A stretch of 32,000 bases of DNA, taken from NCBI GenBank assembly GCA_026387835.1, contig JAPLKZ010000005.1:90001-122000 (forward strand), read 5' to 3'. The translations under genes and the position numbers were made by a program. The notes under the pieces are model-generated. The model saw only the letters and a list, made by a program, of their open reading frames with translations, was not told where the DNA came from and searched no databases. This DNA is from Candidatus Saganbacteria bacterium (GTDB lineage: Bacteria; Margulisbacteria; WOR-1; JAKLHX01). Shown piece by piece: positions 16,688 through 26,202 of the stretch (position 1 is the stretch's first letter; each line of letters starts with the position of its first letter).

Positions 16688-17800
16688 ATGCACACAATAA
16701 TCGATTTTGAAAAGAAATGCTTGATCTTTGAAGATCCGAAAGAGATCATTTCCTGCCACAGAACTGCCGATGTTCCCGGCTGTTTCGGAGAAATGGAAAA
16801 AGCCGTAAGTTCCGGTTATTATCTTTCCGGCTTTTTATCTTACGAAGCGGGATATGCTTTCGAACAGTGTCTGGATGATAAGAAAGATCATGATTTCCCT
16901 CTTGTTCATATGGGAGTATATGACAAAAAAAGCGTTAAATTACTGCCAAAAAGAAAGATCAGGCCGGATAGCTTAGAGCAAAAGATCACGGATCATAAAG
17001 TCAATGTAAAGATGCAGGATTATTTCAGCAATATCAATGCGATACGGGATTATATCGCGAGCGGGGATGTCTATCAGATAACTTACTGCATTAAATTAAA
17101 ATTTGACTATTCAGCCGATCCTTTTAAGCTGTATGACCGGTTACTACATGATCAGCCGGTCCCGTATCCCGCGTACCTGCAGGCGAAAGATTTTACGATA
17201 TTATCTTTATCTCCCGAACTGTTCATCAAAAAAGATAAAGACAGAGTAACGACAAAACCTATGAAAGGTACCTGGCCGAGAGGGAGGAACAGACTTTCGG
17301 ATATCATCGCCGGCAAGAGACTTCATTTCGACCCTAAGAACAGGGCCGAGAACGTCATGATAGCGGACCTTCTGCGCAACGATCTCGGACGCATTGGCAG
17401 GGAAGTAAGAACGCCAAAATTATTCGAGGTCGCCGGCTACACCACGCTTTTTCAGATGACCTCAACAGTGACGGCAGAAGTTGACAAGGATATAAGTCTA
17501 TTCGAACTTTTTAAGGCTATACACCCTTCAGGATCAGTGACCGGCGCTCCTAAGATCAGGGCGATGGAAGTGATAAGGGAGATCGAAAAAGAAGAAAGAA
17601 AGATCTACACCGGAGCTATCGGCTATATCACTCCGCAAAAGGACCTGTTCTTTAATGTGCCGATAAGGACCATCCTGTTAAAGAACAAAAAAGGCGAGAT
17701 GGGAGTAGGGGGCGGGATAGTCTGGGACTCGACTCCAAAAGGCGAATGGGATGAATGCATGCTCAAGGCAAGTTTTATCACGCAACAAAAAAATAATTAG
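16688..17800 (+). CDS. pabB: Aminodeoxychorismate synthase component I
   Basis: IASGDVYQITYC, LSLSPELFI, TKPMKGTWPRG, ENVMIADLLRNDLGRI, HPSGSVTGAPKIRAMEVI, GAIGYI, GGGIVWDS. Confidence 0.93.
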   Translation: MHTIIDFEKKCLIFEDPKEIISCHRTADVPGCFGEMEKAVSSGYYLSGFLSYEAGYAFEQCLDDKKDHDFPLVHMGVYDKKSVKLLPKRKIRPDSLEQKITDHKVNVKMQDYFSNINAIRDYIASGDVYQITYCIKLKFDYSADPFKLYDRLLHDQPVPYPAYLQAKDFTILSLSPELFIKKDKDRVTTKPMKGTWPRGRNRLSDIIAGKRLHFDPKNRAENVMIADLLRNDLGRIGREVRTPKLFEVAGYTTLFQMTSTVTAEVDKDISLFELFKAIHPSGSVTGAPKIRAMEVIREIEKEERKIYTGAIGYITPQKDLFFNVPIRTILLKNKKGEMGVGGGIVWDSTPKGEWDECMLKASFITQQKNN

Positions 17801-17803
17801 CGG

Positions 17804-19660
17804 CTAAATATCGATCTCCATCGCCTCGTCTTTTTCCTTTGTCACCTGTTCTTTTTCCAGTCTTCTCGTATAGAGCCCGTGTTCTTTGATATAGAAGAAC
17901 CATTTGATAAATGAGTCGATGACAATTATCAGGACAAGGACCAGCATCACGGCTGATAAGAAAGCGTTAAGATACCCGTTGAATGTCTGCTTCGGAAGAT
18001 AATTATAGAAAATATTCTCGATGCTTGCGTCGACAGTTGTTACAAGCATAAACAGCATGGGAATGAATGTCACAAGGCCGTAAAGTTTATTTTTATTATT
18101 TTTCATGATGACAGTGGTGCCTATGACAAGCGCCGTGGTCGCAAGGAGCTGGTTCGCAACGCCGAACATGGGCCATATCGTAGCGATATCCCCGTTATAG
18201 ACAAGATAACCCCAGGCCAGCACTACAAGGAAACTTGCGAAACAGACGCTCATCATGTTCTTTGTATCCCCAAGCGTTTTGGAAACTCTTCCGAATATTT
18301 CCTGAGTGATGTACCTGGCGACGCGGGTCCCCGCATCGACCGTAGTCAGGATAAATAAAGCCTCGAACATAATGGCGAAATGGTACCAATAGCCCATCAG
18401 ATTTTTCATCCCGGGTATACCCGAAAATATCTGCGACATACCGACAGCCAGGGAGACAGCGCCACCTGGTCTGGCAACGATATTTTCATGTACAAGGGAA
18501 GACAAAAACGGCAGGTTCTGGATGTGCATGCCGAGTTTGGCGAAGACTTCAGGAGTAGTGTTGATCGCGAAATAATCGGCAGGTATGAGCACGGTCGCCG
18601 CGATGAGCGCCATGAGCGCGACAAAACCTTCGACGAGCATCGCGCCGTAGCCGACCATCCTTATCTCTCTTTCATTCGATATCATCTTGGGCGTTGTGCC
18701 GGAAGCTATAAGAGAATGGAACCCCGAGATCGCACCGCAGGCGATCGTTATGCAAACAAAGGGCCAGACGCGGCCGGGGATTATCGGACCGCCGCCGAAT
18801 ATGAAAGGAGTGAACGCCGGCATCTGGATATTAGGGTGTACAAAAAATATGCCGATCGCAAGCAGTGCTATAGTCCCTATCTTTAAATATGAGCTCAAAT
18901 AGTCTCTTGGCGCCAAAAGGAGCCAGACAGGAAGCACTGATGCGATAAACCCGTATACCGGCAGGGCTAATGACAGCTGCTGTTTTGAAAAAGTAAAATA
19001 AGTTGCAAAGAAAGAACCCTGGATAAAATACCCGAAGAAAACACCTCCGAGAAGGACGACAGAACCTATAAGGGAAGCCTCGAGGATGGCGCCTTTCTTG
19101 AATGAATACATGTAATAACCCGTCAACAGTGCGGCGGGCATGCTCATTATGACCGCAAATGTTCCCCATGAACTTTCAGCCAGAGCGTTGACAACGACGA
19201 TCGAAAGTCCCGCGAGAGCGGTTATTATGATGAACAGGACCGCTATCCCGGTCGCTACTCCGGAAAGTTTTCCGATGTAGTCCCTGGCTATCTTGTGCAG
19301 AGAAAGGCCGTTGTGCCTGACCGAAGCAAAAAGAATAACGTAATCGTGCACGGCGCCTGCAACTACCGATCCGATGATTATCCATATCGCTCCGGGCAGG
19401 AACCCGAACTGCGCGGCGAGCACAGGTCCGATCAGCGGGCCTGCTCCCGCGATCGCTGCGAAGTGATGGCCGAAAAGCACCCATTTATTCGTTGGAAAGT
19501 AATCATGCCCGTCATTCAGCCTGTGGGCGGGTGTCTTTCTTGACGGATCAAGGGCGAGCACTTTTGCAGAAAGAAAAGCGCTGTAATACCTGTACGCGAG
19601 CGAAAAGACGCACAGAGCGATCAAAATAAGGACTAAAGAATTGATTGTTTGATACCTCAA
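17804..19660 (-). CDS. cstA: Carbon starvation protein CstA family transporter
   Basis: [75 protein letters not shown]-like segment. TTG start. Confidence 0.93.
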   Translation of the reverse strand: MRYQTINSLVLILIALCVFSLAYRYYSAFLSAKVLALDPSRKTPAHRLNDGHDYFPTNKWVLFGHHFAAIAGAGPLIGPVLAAQFGFLPGAIWIIIGSVVAGAVHDYVILFASVRHNGLSLHKIARDYIGKLSGVATGIAVLFIIITALAGLSIVVVNALAESSWGTFAVIMSMPAALLTGYYMYSFKKGAILEASLIGSVVLLGGVFFGYFIQGSFFATYFTFSKQQLSLALPVYGFIASVLPVWLLLAPRDYLSSYLKIGTIALLAIGIFFVHPNIQMPAFTPFIFGGGPIIPGRVWPFVCITIACGAISGFHSLIASGTTPKMISNEREIRMVGYGAMLVEGFVALMALIAATVLIPADYFAINTTPEVFAKLGMHIQNLPFLSSLVHENIVARPGGAVSLAVGMSQIFSGIPGMKNLMGYWYHFAIMFEALFILTTVDAGTRVARYITQEIFGRVSKTLGDTKNMMSVCFASFLVVLAWGYLVYNGDIATIWPMFGVANQLLATTALVIGTTVIMKNNKNKLYGLVTFIPMLFMLVTTVDASIENIFYNYLPKQTFNGYLNAFLSAVMLVLVLIIVIDSFIKWFFYIKEHGLYTRRLEKEQVTKEKDEAMEIDI

Positions 19661-19796
19661 GAATATTCTATATATTTAAGGATGAATAATCAAGGATTGC
19701 CGGAGCTTCGCGGAAAGACATCATCTTACTGCTGAGTGAAATTCCCCAAAAATAACGCCGATAAAGAATTACAGAATTCTTTCGGGAGGTGTTATT

Positions 19797-21449
19797 TTGG
19801 CCATACAAAGAATATTAAAAGCTGCAGGCAAACAAGCGCCTTGCCATTTTCTCCAAATAAACAGACAGTCAGAGCACAGTGCTCTTTTGCGTGAAATGTA
19901 TGGATTTGAGACATTAAATATTCACGACCAACGAAGAGCGGTTGATTTTGCGGCGCAAATCGCATCTTTGATAGCAAAGCATCCAGATTCAAATGTCTTT
20001 GATCTGTTGGAATGTCCGGGCCTGAAAACATTTAGTAATGATCTGTTAGCGCCATTAGCATCTAAGGAGGAGGCATTCCCTTTGCTTGCCGCGGGGAAAA
20101 GAAACCCTGTTTATGCAGGGCTTCAACTGTTGATGATGGCATTGCCAAAAGAAGATACTCACGTGCACATAAGCAAGTCCATGCATGAGAGCGAGATCGC
20201 GCAACTTGTTATTGAAATATCCGAAAATGACAGACGCTTGATGCTGACAGGACTGAAGGGATTTTCTAGATATAAAGATGTGCTCGCTTTGGCAGGGGAA
20301 GGAGATGCGGCAGGTCTTGGGGCGGCTTTTTCCGAAGGGGGCTTGTTAACCAAAAAGAGAGAAAGAAAATATGAGGACTTTTATGTTGTAAGCCCTTTTG
20401 CCCTTGAAGAAGCGGCAAGAACTGCCGCAGTCAGAGGGCTCCAAGACGGGGTTGTCAGCTTCAACATCAGATTTAATCCCGCAAAAAGTCAATTGTTCTT
20501 TAAAAATCCCGTCCTGACCAGGGACCAGTGGATCACTGTTGTAAGAGGGACTTCGGAAGCTGTCAGGCGCGGCATAGAAAGGGCCTTGAGGGATGTCAGA
20601 TCCTCCGGCCTTTTGGGAGAGGGAATTGATCCTAAAATAGGGACTATGTTCAGCTTTAGCAGAGATGCAAGGACTTTTGCTATGCATGGGGTCTCCGACT
20701 GTTTGAACATGTCTGGGATGGCAAGGTTTTGCCTTGAAGTCGCAGGTGACCTTGCCGACGGGTTGGATATTTCCGGGCCTGAATACGCGTATTTGGATTA
20801 TTCCGCAGATAAAATAGATCCATGGGGAGAAGTTCTGCGGTTTGCCGCGGAATCCGGAAAACAAACAACGGCTCATTTGGGGGACATGAGATTTTCAGAT
20901 AAGTCCGCTACGCTTAGCCGGCTTTCCGCTGAGGCCGAGCGGATGCAGCCCGGGCATGATCTTGACAGTAAAGTGATCGAAATGATCCTGGCTTATCTCC
21001 CGTATGTTGAGAGGTTCATAGATATAATGCCGGAAGGCTGCGGTATAGGCCACGGATATATTTTTGACCCAGTATTTCTAGTCAGTCCTCTATGGGGACA
21101 TGGCAGGTTGAATGGCATTGATATTACACAGACTCCGGAAGGAATATATGTCGAAGACAAGATAAGGGTTTTATCACAGCGTGCAATATCAAAGGGACTT
21201 TCTATTGAGACCTGTCCGGCCGCAACACTAAGAGAAACAAACAAAAAAGCCGCGGTGTACGAACAACTTTCTCTGTATAGGTGGCTTGAATCCGGCTGGA
21301 AGTTAAAGCTCGGAACAGACGCAGGGGTCTTTAGTTTTAACAGGCCGAGAGTTCTATCTGAGACAATGACCAATCTTCTTTTAACTCGTCCCGCAGGAAG
21401 GGATCCGTTGACTTTTAGGCAGCTGCTTAGATTGGTAGGGTTAGAGTAA
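19797..21449 (+). CDS. Divergent adenosine-deaminase-like amidohydrolase with long N-terminal extension
   Basis: LPKEDTHVHISKSM, TTAHLGDM, GCGIGHGYIFDP, IETCPAATL, LKLGTDAGVFSFNRP. TTG start with strong SD GGGAGGTG. Confidence 0.7.
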   Translation: MAIQRILKAAGKQAPCHFLQINRQSEHSALLREMYGFETLNIHDQRRAVDFAAQIASLIAKHPDSNVFDLLECPGLKTFSNDLLAPLASKEEAFPLLAAGKRNPVYAGLQLLMMALPKEDTHVHISKSMHESEIAQLVIEISENDRRLMLTGLKGFSRYKDVLALAGEGDAAGLGAAFSEGGLLTKKRERKYEDFYVVSPFALEEAARTAAVRGLQDGVVSFNIRFNPAKSQLFFKNPVLTRDQWITVVRGTSEAVRRGIERALRDVRSSGLLGEGIDPKIGTMFSFSRDARTFAMHGVSDCLNMSGMARFCLEVAGDLADGLDISGPEYAYLDYSADKIDPWGEVLRFAAESGKQTTAHLGDMRFSDKSATLSRLSAEAERMQPGHDLDSKVIEMILAYLPYVERFIDIMPEGCGIGHGYIFDPVFLVSPLWGHGRLNGIDITQTPEGIYVEDKIRVLSQRAISKGLSIETCPAATLRETNKKAAVYEQLSLYRWLESGWKLKLGTDAGVFSFNRPRVLSETMTNLLLTRPAGRDPLTFRQLLRLVGLE

Positions 21450-21459
21450 AAGGCATATA

Positions 21460-21488
21460 AAAAGGTCTGCCATTACGGCGGGCTTTTT
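21460..21488 (+). terminator. Rho-independent terminator after the ADA-like gene
   Basis: AAAAGGTCTGCC / ATTAC / GGCGGGCTTTTT: 12-bp stem allowing G-T wobble, followed by a T-rich tail. Confidence 0.75.
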
Positions 21489-21494
21489 GTTTAG

Positions 21495-21500
21495 TATAAT
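21495..21500 (+). promoter_or_regulatory. Consensus -10 TATAAT directly downstream of the terminator, upstream of the hydrogenase protease gene
   Basis: ttagTATAATatc; no clear -35. Confidence 0.35.
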
Positions 21501-21538
21501 ATCTATTAATGAAAGTGATCAATCGTTGCTCGTGAAAA

Positions 21539-22048
21539 ATGCTAAACAAGTTAAAAGAAACATTAAAAAGCCATAAGAATATTGTCATTGTCGGGATAGG
21601 CAACGAGATGCGCGGGGATGACGGAGCAGGCATCTATATAGCAAATAAACTTCTTGGCCATGTACAGAATGCCGCTAACAACGGACAGAAAATACAGGTA
21701 TTGATCGGCGGGGCGACGCCCGAAAACCTTACGGGGACAATAAAGAAAATAAAGCCCTCCCATATCCTGTTGATAGATGCGGCGGAAATGGGGCTTAAGC
21801 CGGGCGAAATATCGGTGCTGGACCCCGGGAACATCACAGGAATAAATTTCTCCACTCATTCTTTCTCTCTCTCGACCTTTGCCGATTATCTAAAGCGGGA
21901 AATAGGGGCGGAGACCGTCATTTTGGGGATACAAAGCAAGAAAACAGGGCTTGAGGAGCAGATGTCGGAAGAAGTGAAAGAGAGTGCCTATAAAATAATT
22001 ATCGGACTGATCCCTGTTTTGGCTCAAGTCCGCGTTGATCAACAATAG
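21539..22048 (+). CDS. hycI: Hydrogenase maturation protease (HycI/HybD family)
   Basis: IVGIGNEMRGDDGAGIYIANKLL, HILLIDAAEMGLKPGEI, STHSFSLSTFADYL, LGIQSK. Confidence 0.93.
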   Translation: MLNKLKETLKSHKNIVIVGIGNEMRGDDGAGIYIANKLLGHVQNAANNGQKIQVLIGGATPENLTGTIKKIKPSHILLIDAAEMGLKPGEISVLDPGNITGINFSTHSFSLSTFADYLKREIGAETVILGIQSKKTGLEEQMSEEVKESAYKIIIGLIPVLAQVRVDQQ

Positions 22049-22082
22049 ATCAATGGCGATGCGGAAAAATTGCAGGCCAGCA

Positions 22083-22111
22083 TTGAATCGAAAACTTTTT
22101 TCAAGTATAAT
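22083..22111 (+). promoter_or_regulatory. Sigma70-like promoter TTGAAT-N17-TATAAT for the membrane hydrogenase operon
   Basis: TTGAAT 22083-22088, 17-nt spacer, TATAAT 22106-22111; ATG at 22139. Confidence 0.6.
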
Positions 22112-22138
22112 GAATTATGTTTTGTGATATAAAAAATA

Positions 22139-22378
22139 ATGATGCATATAATCTTACTGACAATGTTAGTCGTATCCGCGTTGCTTGCGGTATCTCTCAG
22201 AGACATACTTAAAGCGGGTATCGCGCTTGGTGTCCTCAGCATAATACTCTCGGTCCTGTTCTTTAAATTTGATTCTCCTTATGCCGCGGTATTCGAGCTT
22301 TCGATCTGCGCCGGACTGATCACCGTGCTGTTCACCTCCGTAGTCAGCCTCACACAAGACAAGGACGGACAAGACTAA
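22139..22378 (+). CDS. Mrp/Mbh-type small membrane subunit (MbhD / MnhB-N DUF4040-like)
   Basis: 79 aa; LKAGIALGVLSIILSVLFFKFDSPYAAVFELSICAGLITVLFTSVVSL resembles the DUF4040 hydrogenase/antiporter subunit. Confidence 0.75.
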   Translation: MMHIILLTMLVVSALLAVSLRDILKAGIALGVLSIILSVLFFKFDSPYAAVFELSICAGLITVLFTSVVSLTQDKDGQD

Positions 22379-22380
22379 AG

Positions 22381-22614
22381 ATGGATTACAAAAAATTGAC
22401 CTTTATCGTAGGATACTGCCTGTTCTTTTTGTCTTTTGCCGTGATCGCGGTATTACTGGCAGGGGCGGTCCCGGTCCCGCTTTTTCTGAAATGTCCGGTT
22501 GATTTCGGGACGATGCTCTGGAACGAAAGAAAGCTTGATGTGGCTGTCCAGGTAGTATTGATATTCGCGTGCGCGATGGGGATCCTCACCTTTTTCGCCG
22601 AAAGGAAAAAATGA
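22381..22614 (+). CDS. Small membrane subunit, probably MbhE/MnhB-like
   Basis: 77 aa with hydrophobic segments and MGILTFFAERKK. Called mainly from its position in the operon. Confidence 0.5.
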   Translation: MDYKKLTFIVGYCLFFLSFAVIAVLLAGAVPVPLFLKCPVDFGTMLWNERKLDVAVQVVLIFACAMGILTFFAERKK

Positions 22615-22617
22615 AAA

Positions 22618-22920
22618 GTGGCGCTTAATCCGGACATATTCACGGCGGTATTGATCTTCATCATTGGATTCGCGTGCCTGCTGAGCTCCAGGAACATGAT
22701 CAGGATGATAATCGGCATCGAGATAATGGCGAGGGCCGCCACATATTCATTCATCTATTTCGGGTTCCTCAATGGCAATACATCTTTAAGCCAGGCGGCC
22801 GTTATAACAGTGATCGTAGTTGAGGTCGTGGTGAGCGCTACGGCACTGGCTTTAATAATGAATATATATAAATCAGGCAGAACGCTTGATGTCAGGCGTT
22901 TGACGAAGCTGAAAGGGTAA
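22618..22920 (+). CDS. NuoK/MnhC-like subunit
   Basis: FIIGFACLLSSRNMIRMIIGIEIMARAATYSFIYFG ... QAAVITVIVVEVVVSATALALIMNIYK. GTG start. Confidence 0.88.
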   Translation: MALNPDIFTAVLIFIIGFACLLSSRNMIRMIIGIEIMARAATYSFIYFGFLNGNTSLSQAAVITVIVVEVVVSATALALIMNIYKSGRTLDVRRLTKLKG

Positions 22921-22921
22921 T

Positions 22922-24730
22922 ATGTTATACGCAGCGGTAATAATATTCCCGTTCCTCGCGGCGGCATTAGTGCCGCTGGCAAGTGTTTTCGGGAAGAGGC
23001 CGATGGAAATATTTTCGGTGATAAGCGGTTTTGTGATCGCCGGCCTGACGCTTTGCCTGATCCCTTTGATCAGGCAGGGGAGCGGGATCTCCGTCCAATG
23101 GCTTCCTAATATCGCGGTCGGGATGAACCTTGACGCGCTTTCCGTCAATATTGCCGTGATCGCAGGGACGATCGGGTCGCTTATAGTCCTGTATTCCGTC
23201 AAATACATGGAAAAAGAAGAAGGCGGGATGCGCTATTACAGCCTTACGCTGATGTTCATCGGCGCGATGATAGGGCTGGTTCTTTCCGACAATTTCCTTA
23301 CATTATATATATTCTGGGAGATAGTGGGCCTCTGTTCATACGCCCTGATCGGCTTCTTTTATAAAGACCCGAAAGCCGTACGGGCCGGCATAAAAGCTTT
23401 CATCACTACGAGAGTGGGTGATATCGGGCTTTTGATCGGGATACTCCTGCTTTTTATGTACACGGGCACGTTCAATATCAACCAGACAATAGCAAGTATC
23501 GGACAGATACCGCCGGTTATCCTGACAATAGCCGCGTTCTGCTTCATGGCAGGAGCGATCGGCAAATCGGCGCAGGTGCCGCTCCACGTGTGGCTTCCGG
23601 ACGCGATGGAAGCCCCGACGACGATATCCGCTCTCATCCACGCGGCGACGATGGTCAATGCCGGCATATACCTCATGGCAAGGACAGTCCCGCTTTTCGT
23701 TTCCGTTCCCGGATGGATGATGGTCCTCAGCTGGGTCGGCGTCATAACAGCGCTTCTTTCGGCTTCTATGGCGCTGGTAGAAAAAGACCTTAAAAGAGTG
23801 CTTGCCTATTCCACGATAAGCCAGCTTGGTTTCATGATGTTCGCGATAGGGGTCGGCGGTCTCTTCGCGTCGCAGTTCCACCTGATGAGCCACGCGATAT
23901 TTAAGGCGCTTCTGTTCCTTTCGGCCGGCGCGATAATCCACGAGGTCGGCACGCGTAATATGCATGAAATGGGCGGGCTTTTCAGCAAAATGAGGATCAC
24001 TGCCGTATGTTTCGGCGCGGGGACGCTTGCTTTGATGGGTATCCCGATATTCAACGGGTTCTTTTCAAAAGACCTTATACTTGCCTCGGCTTACTCTTCC
24101 GGAAGTTATCTTCCGCTTTTCTTTGCGGCTCTCGCGGCGGTATTTACTGTGATCTATTCTCTCAGGATGTACGGTCTTGTTTTTCTCGGGCAAAAAAGGA
24201 CTGACCATGCGACCGACGCTCCGTGGCAGATGACGCTTCCTTTGATACTTCTCGCGGCTGCTTCGCTCGTGAGCTGGATGCTTGTAAAGAACTTCAACAG
24301 GGCTATGATCTTTTCCGGCATACATGTGGAACATATCAGCTTTAAAGAGTTCTTTGCGGAAATGTTCGCGAGCCCGGTCACGCTGCTTACCCTTGCTGTT
24401 ATCACGGCGGGTATTCTGATCTTCTATTTCAGAAGTACATTACTCGAAAAGTTTTCAATGATACTGAGGCCGTTTTTAAAAGCCGCGTCTAACGGTTTCG
24501 GTTTTGACGCGTTTTACGGCCGTATCATCTCCGGTTTACTGGATTGCGCGGAAAATGTCCTCAAAGTGTTCGACGAGGGCTTTTTGAACGGGCTTAATTA
24601 TATGACAGGCAGGGCCTTTGTCCGGTTCTCTTCGGCGTTCGCCCTGACGCATACGGGAGAGCTCAATATAAATCTGATGGGGATGGCGGTCGGGGTGGCT
24701 TTTGTGCTGCTCATTATTTTCTGGAGATAA
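22922..24730 (+). CDS. NuoL/MrpA/MbhH-type antiporter-like proton-translocating subunit
   Basis: LTLYIFWEIVGLCSYALIGFFY, IGKSAQVPLHVWLPDAMEAPTTISALIHAATMVNAGIYLMAR, LKRVLAYSTISQLGFMMFAIG. Confidence 0.93.
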   Translation: MLYAAVIIFPFLAAALVPLASVFGKRPMEIFSVISGFVIAGLTLCLIPLIRQGSGISVQWLPNIAVGMNLDALSVNIAVIAGTIGSLIVLYSVKYMEKEEGGMRYYSLTLMFIGAMIGLVLSDNFLTLYIFWEIVGLCSYALIGFFYKDPKAVRAGIKAFITTRVGDIGLLIGILLLFMYTGTFNINQTIASIGQIPPVILTIAAFCFMAGAIGKSAQVPLHVWLPDAMEAPTTISALIHAATMVNAGIYLMARTVPLFVSVPGWMMVLSWVGVITALLSASMALVEKDLKRVLAYSTISQLGFMMFAIGVGGLFASQFHLMSHAIFKALLFLSAGAIIHEVGTRNMHEMGGLFSKMRITAVCFGAGTLALMGIPIFNGFFSKDLILASAYSSGSYLPLFFAALAAVFTVIYSLRMYGLVFLGQKRTDHATDAPWQMTLPLILLAAASLVSWMLVKNFNRAMIFSGIHVEHISFKEFFAEMFASPVTLLTLAVITAGILIFYFRSTLLEKFSMILRPFLKAASNGFGFDAFYGRIISGLLDCAENVLKVFDEGFLNGLNYMTGRAFVRFSSAFALTHTGELNINLMGMAVGVAFVLLIIFWR

Positions 24731-24731
24731 A

Positions 24732-26201
24732 ATGGGAATACTGGAAAACTTTTTACTGGTACTGCTTGCCCCGCTGTTCGGGGCGGTGTTCATCTTCTTC
24801 CTGGCCGGCAAATTTGGCAGGACAACGATCGGCGTTTTGGCTTTTGCCATAAGTTCCCTGACTTTCTTGTCATCGCTTGCTATTTTTCTCCGGACGCCGG
24901 TAGTAAAGACCATAACAATAGTCGCGCCGTGGGTAAATGTGCTGGGGCTCACTTTTTCTTTCTACTTCGATGTCCTGACAATGACAGTTCTTTTGATATC
25001 TACATTTGTAACGTCTGTCGCCCTTCTTTACTCGATCGGGTACTTTAAGGACCAGAATGATTTTAGCGCGGGGTCTTTTTACAGCCTTGTGCTTCTGTTC
25101 CTGACGGGTATCATAGGGGTGTTCGTGTCGGCCAACCTCATACTCTTCTATCTTTTCTGGGAGTTGATGCTCCTTCCCACATTCGCGATCACCGCTTATT
25201 TCGGGGAGGATAAGGAAAGGTCCGGAGCGATAGCGATAAAATATTTTATTTTCACGCATATCGGCGCTGTCCTGATACTGGCCGCGTCCCTGCTGCTTTA
25301 TGCCGCTGCCGGCACAGCCGACTTCATGTCCTTAAAATCCGTTCTTCCTTTGATCGATCTGTCGCTGGTAAGGGTCGCGGTGTTCATGTTTATCGTCGGT
25401 TTCGGTCTCAAGATGGCGATATTCCCGCTTCACAGCTGGCTGCCGGACACTTACACCAACGCTCCGACGCCCGCGACGGTCATAATGGCATCGGTAATGA
25501 TGAACGCGTCGATCTACGGTTTTATCAGGTTTTTCTTCACTATACTGCCGAGGGACAGCGTGAGCCCGTTCATCCCTCTGATCCTGGTGCTTGCGGTCAT
25601 CTCCCAGTATTACGGCGCGATACTCGCGATGGTCGAGAAGAATATAAAAAGGATGATAGCTTATTCCTCCATATCTCAGATGGGATATGTGCTTTTCGGG
25701 ATAGGGACGCTGACTTTTTTGGGTGTTTCGGGGGCGACTTTCCATATAATAAATCACACGATAATAAAGGCCCTGTTGTTCATGACCGTAGGAGCAGTGT
25801 TCATGGCCGTGAAAAAATATGACACGGATGATCTGGGCGGGCTGATGCCGTTGATCCCCATGGTCGCTTTGACCGGCTCGGCCGGAGCTCTTGCCATAGC
25901 CGGCGTGCCTTTGTTCGGGGCTTTCCAGAGCGAGTGGATGATATTCGCGGGAGGTTTCAGGACAGCATATCCCGTAATAGCGGGGTTCGCCGTCGCGGGG
26001 GCCCTTTTTACCGCGGCATACAGCCTGAGGTTCATTGCCGCGATATTCTTCGGGGAGCAAAAACTGCCGCAGGTGAATAAAATACCTGCCGCGATGATAT
26101 TTTCGATGTCCGTTCTCGCACTGTCCTCGCTTTTGATAGGGGTCTGTCCATGGTTCTTTTCAAAAGCGGTGCAGATAGCGGTGAAACTGTTAGGAGTATG
26201 A
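24732..26201 (+). CDS. NuoM-like antiporter-type subunit
   Basis: LILFYLFWELMLLPTFAITAYF, KMAIFPLHSWLPDTYTNAPTPATVIMASVMMNASIYGFIRF, IKRMIAYSSISQMGYVLFGIG. SD ggagat supports start 24732. Confidence 0.93.
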   Translation: MGILENFLLVLLAPLFGAVFIFFLAGKFGRTTIGVLAFAISSLTFLSSLAIFLRTPVVKTITIVAPWVNVLGLTFSFYFDVLTMTVLLISTFVTSVALLYSIGYFKDQNDFSAGSFYSLVLLFLTGIIGVFVSANLILFYLFWELMLLPTFAITAYFGEDKERSGAIAIKYFIFTHIGAVLILAASLLLYAAAGTADFMSLKSVLPLIDLSLVRVAVFMFIVGFGLKMAIFPLHSWLPDTYTNAPTPATVIMASVMMNASIYGFIRFFFTILPRDSVSPFIPLILVLAVISQYYGAILAMVEKNIKRMIAYSSISQMGYVLFGIGTLTFLGVSGATFHIINHTIIKALLFMTVGAVFMAVKKYDTDDLGGLMPLIPMVALTGSAGALAIAGVPLFGAFQSEWMIFAGGFRTAYPVIAGFAVAGALFTAAYSLRFIAAIFFGEQKLPQVNKIPAAMIFSMSVLALSSLLIGVCPWFFSKAVQIAVKLLGV

Positions 26202-26202
26202 G

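Noticed and set aside
23336-23965. 209-aa minus-strand ORF
   Set aside because: Antisense to the NuoL-like gene, composition-driven, no domain signature.
25332-26060. 242-aa minus-strand ORF
   Set aside because: It is fully antisense to the NuoM-like gene with low-complexity Arg/His/Tyr/Pro-rich translation and no motifs. Typical shadow ORF.
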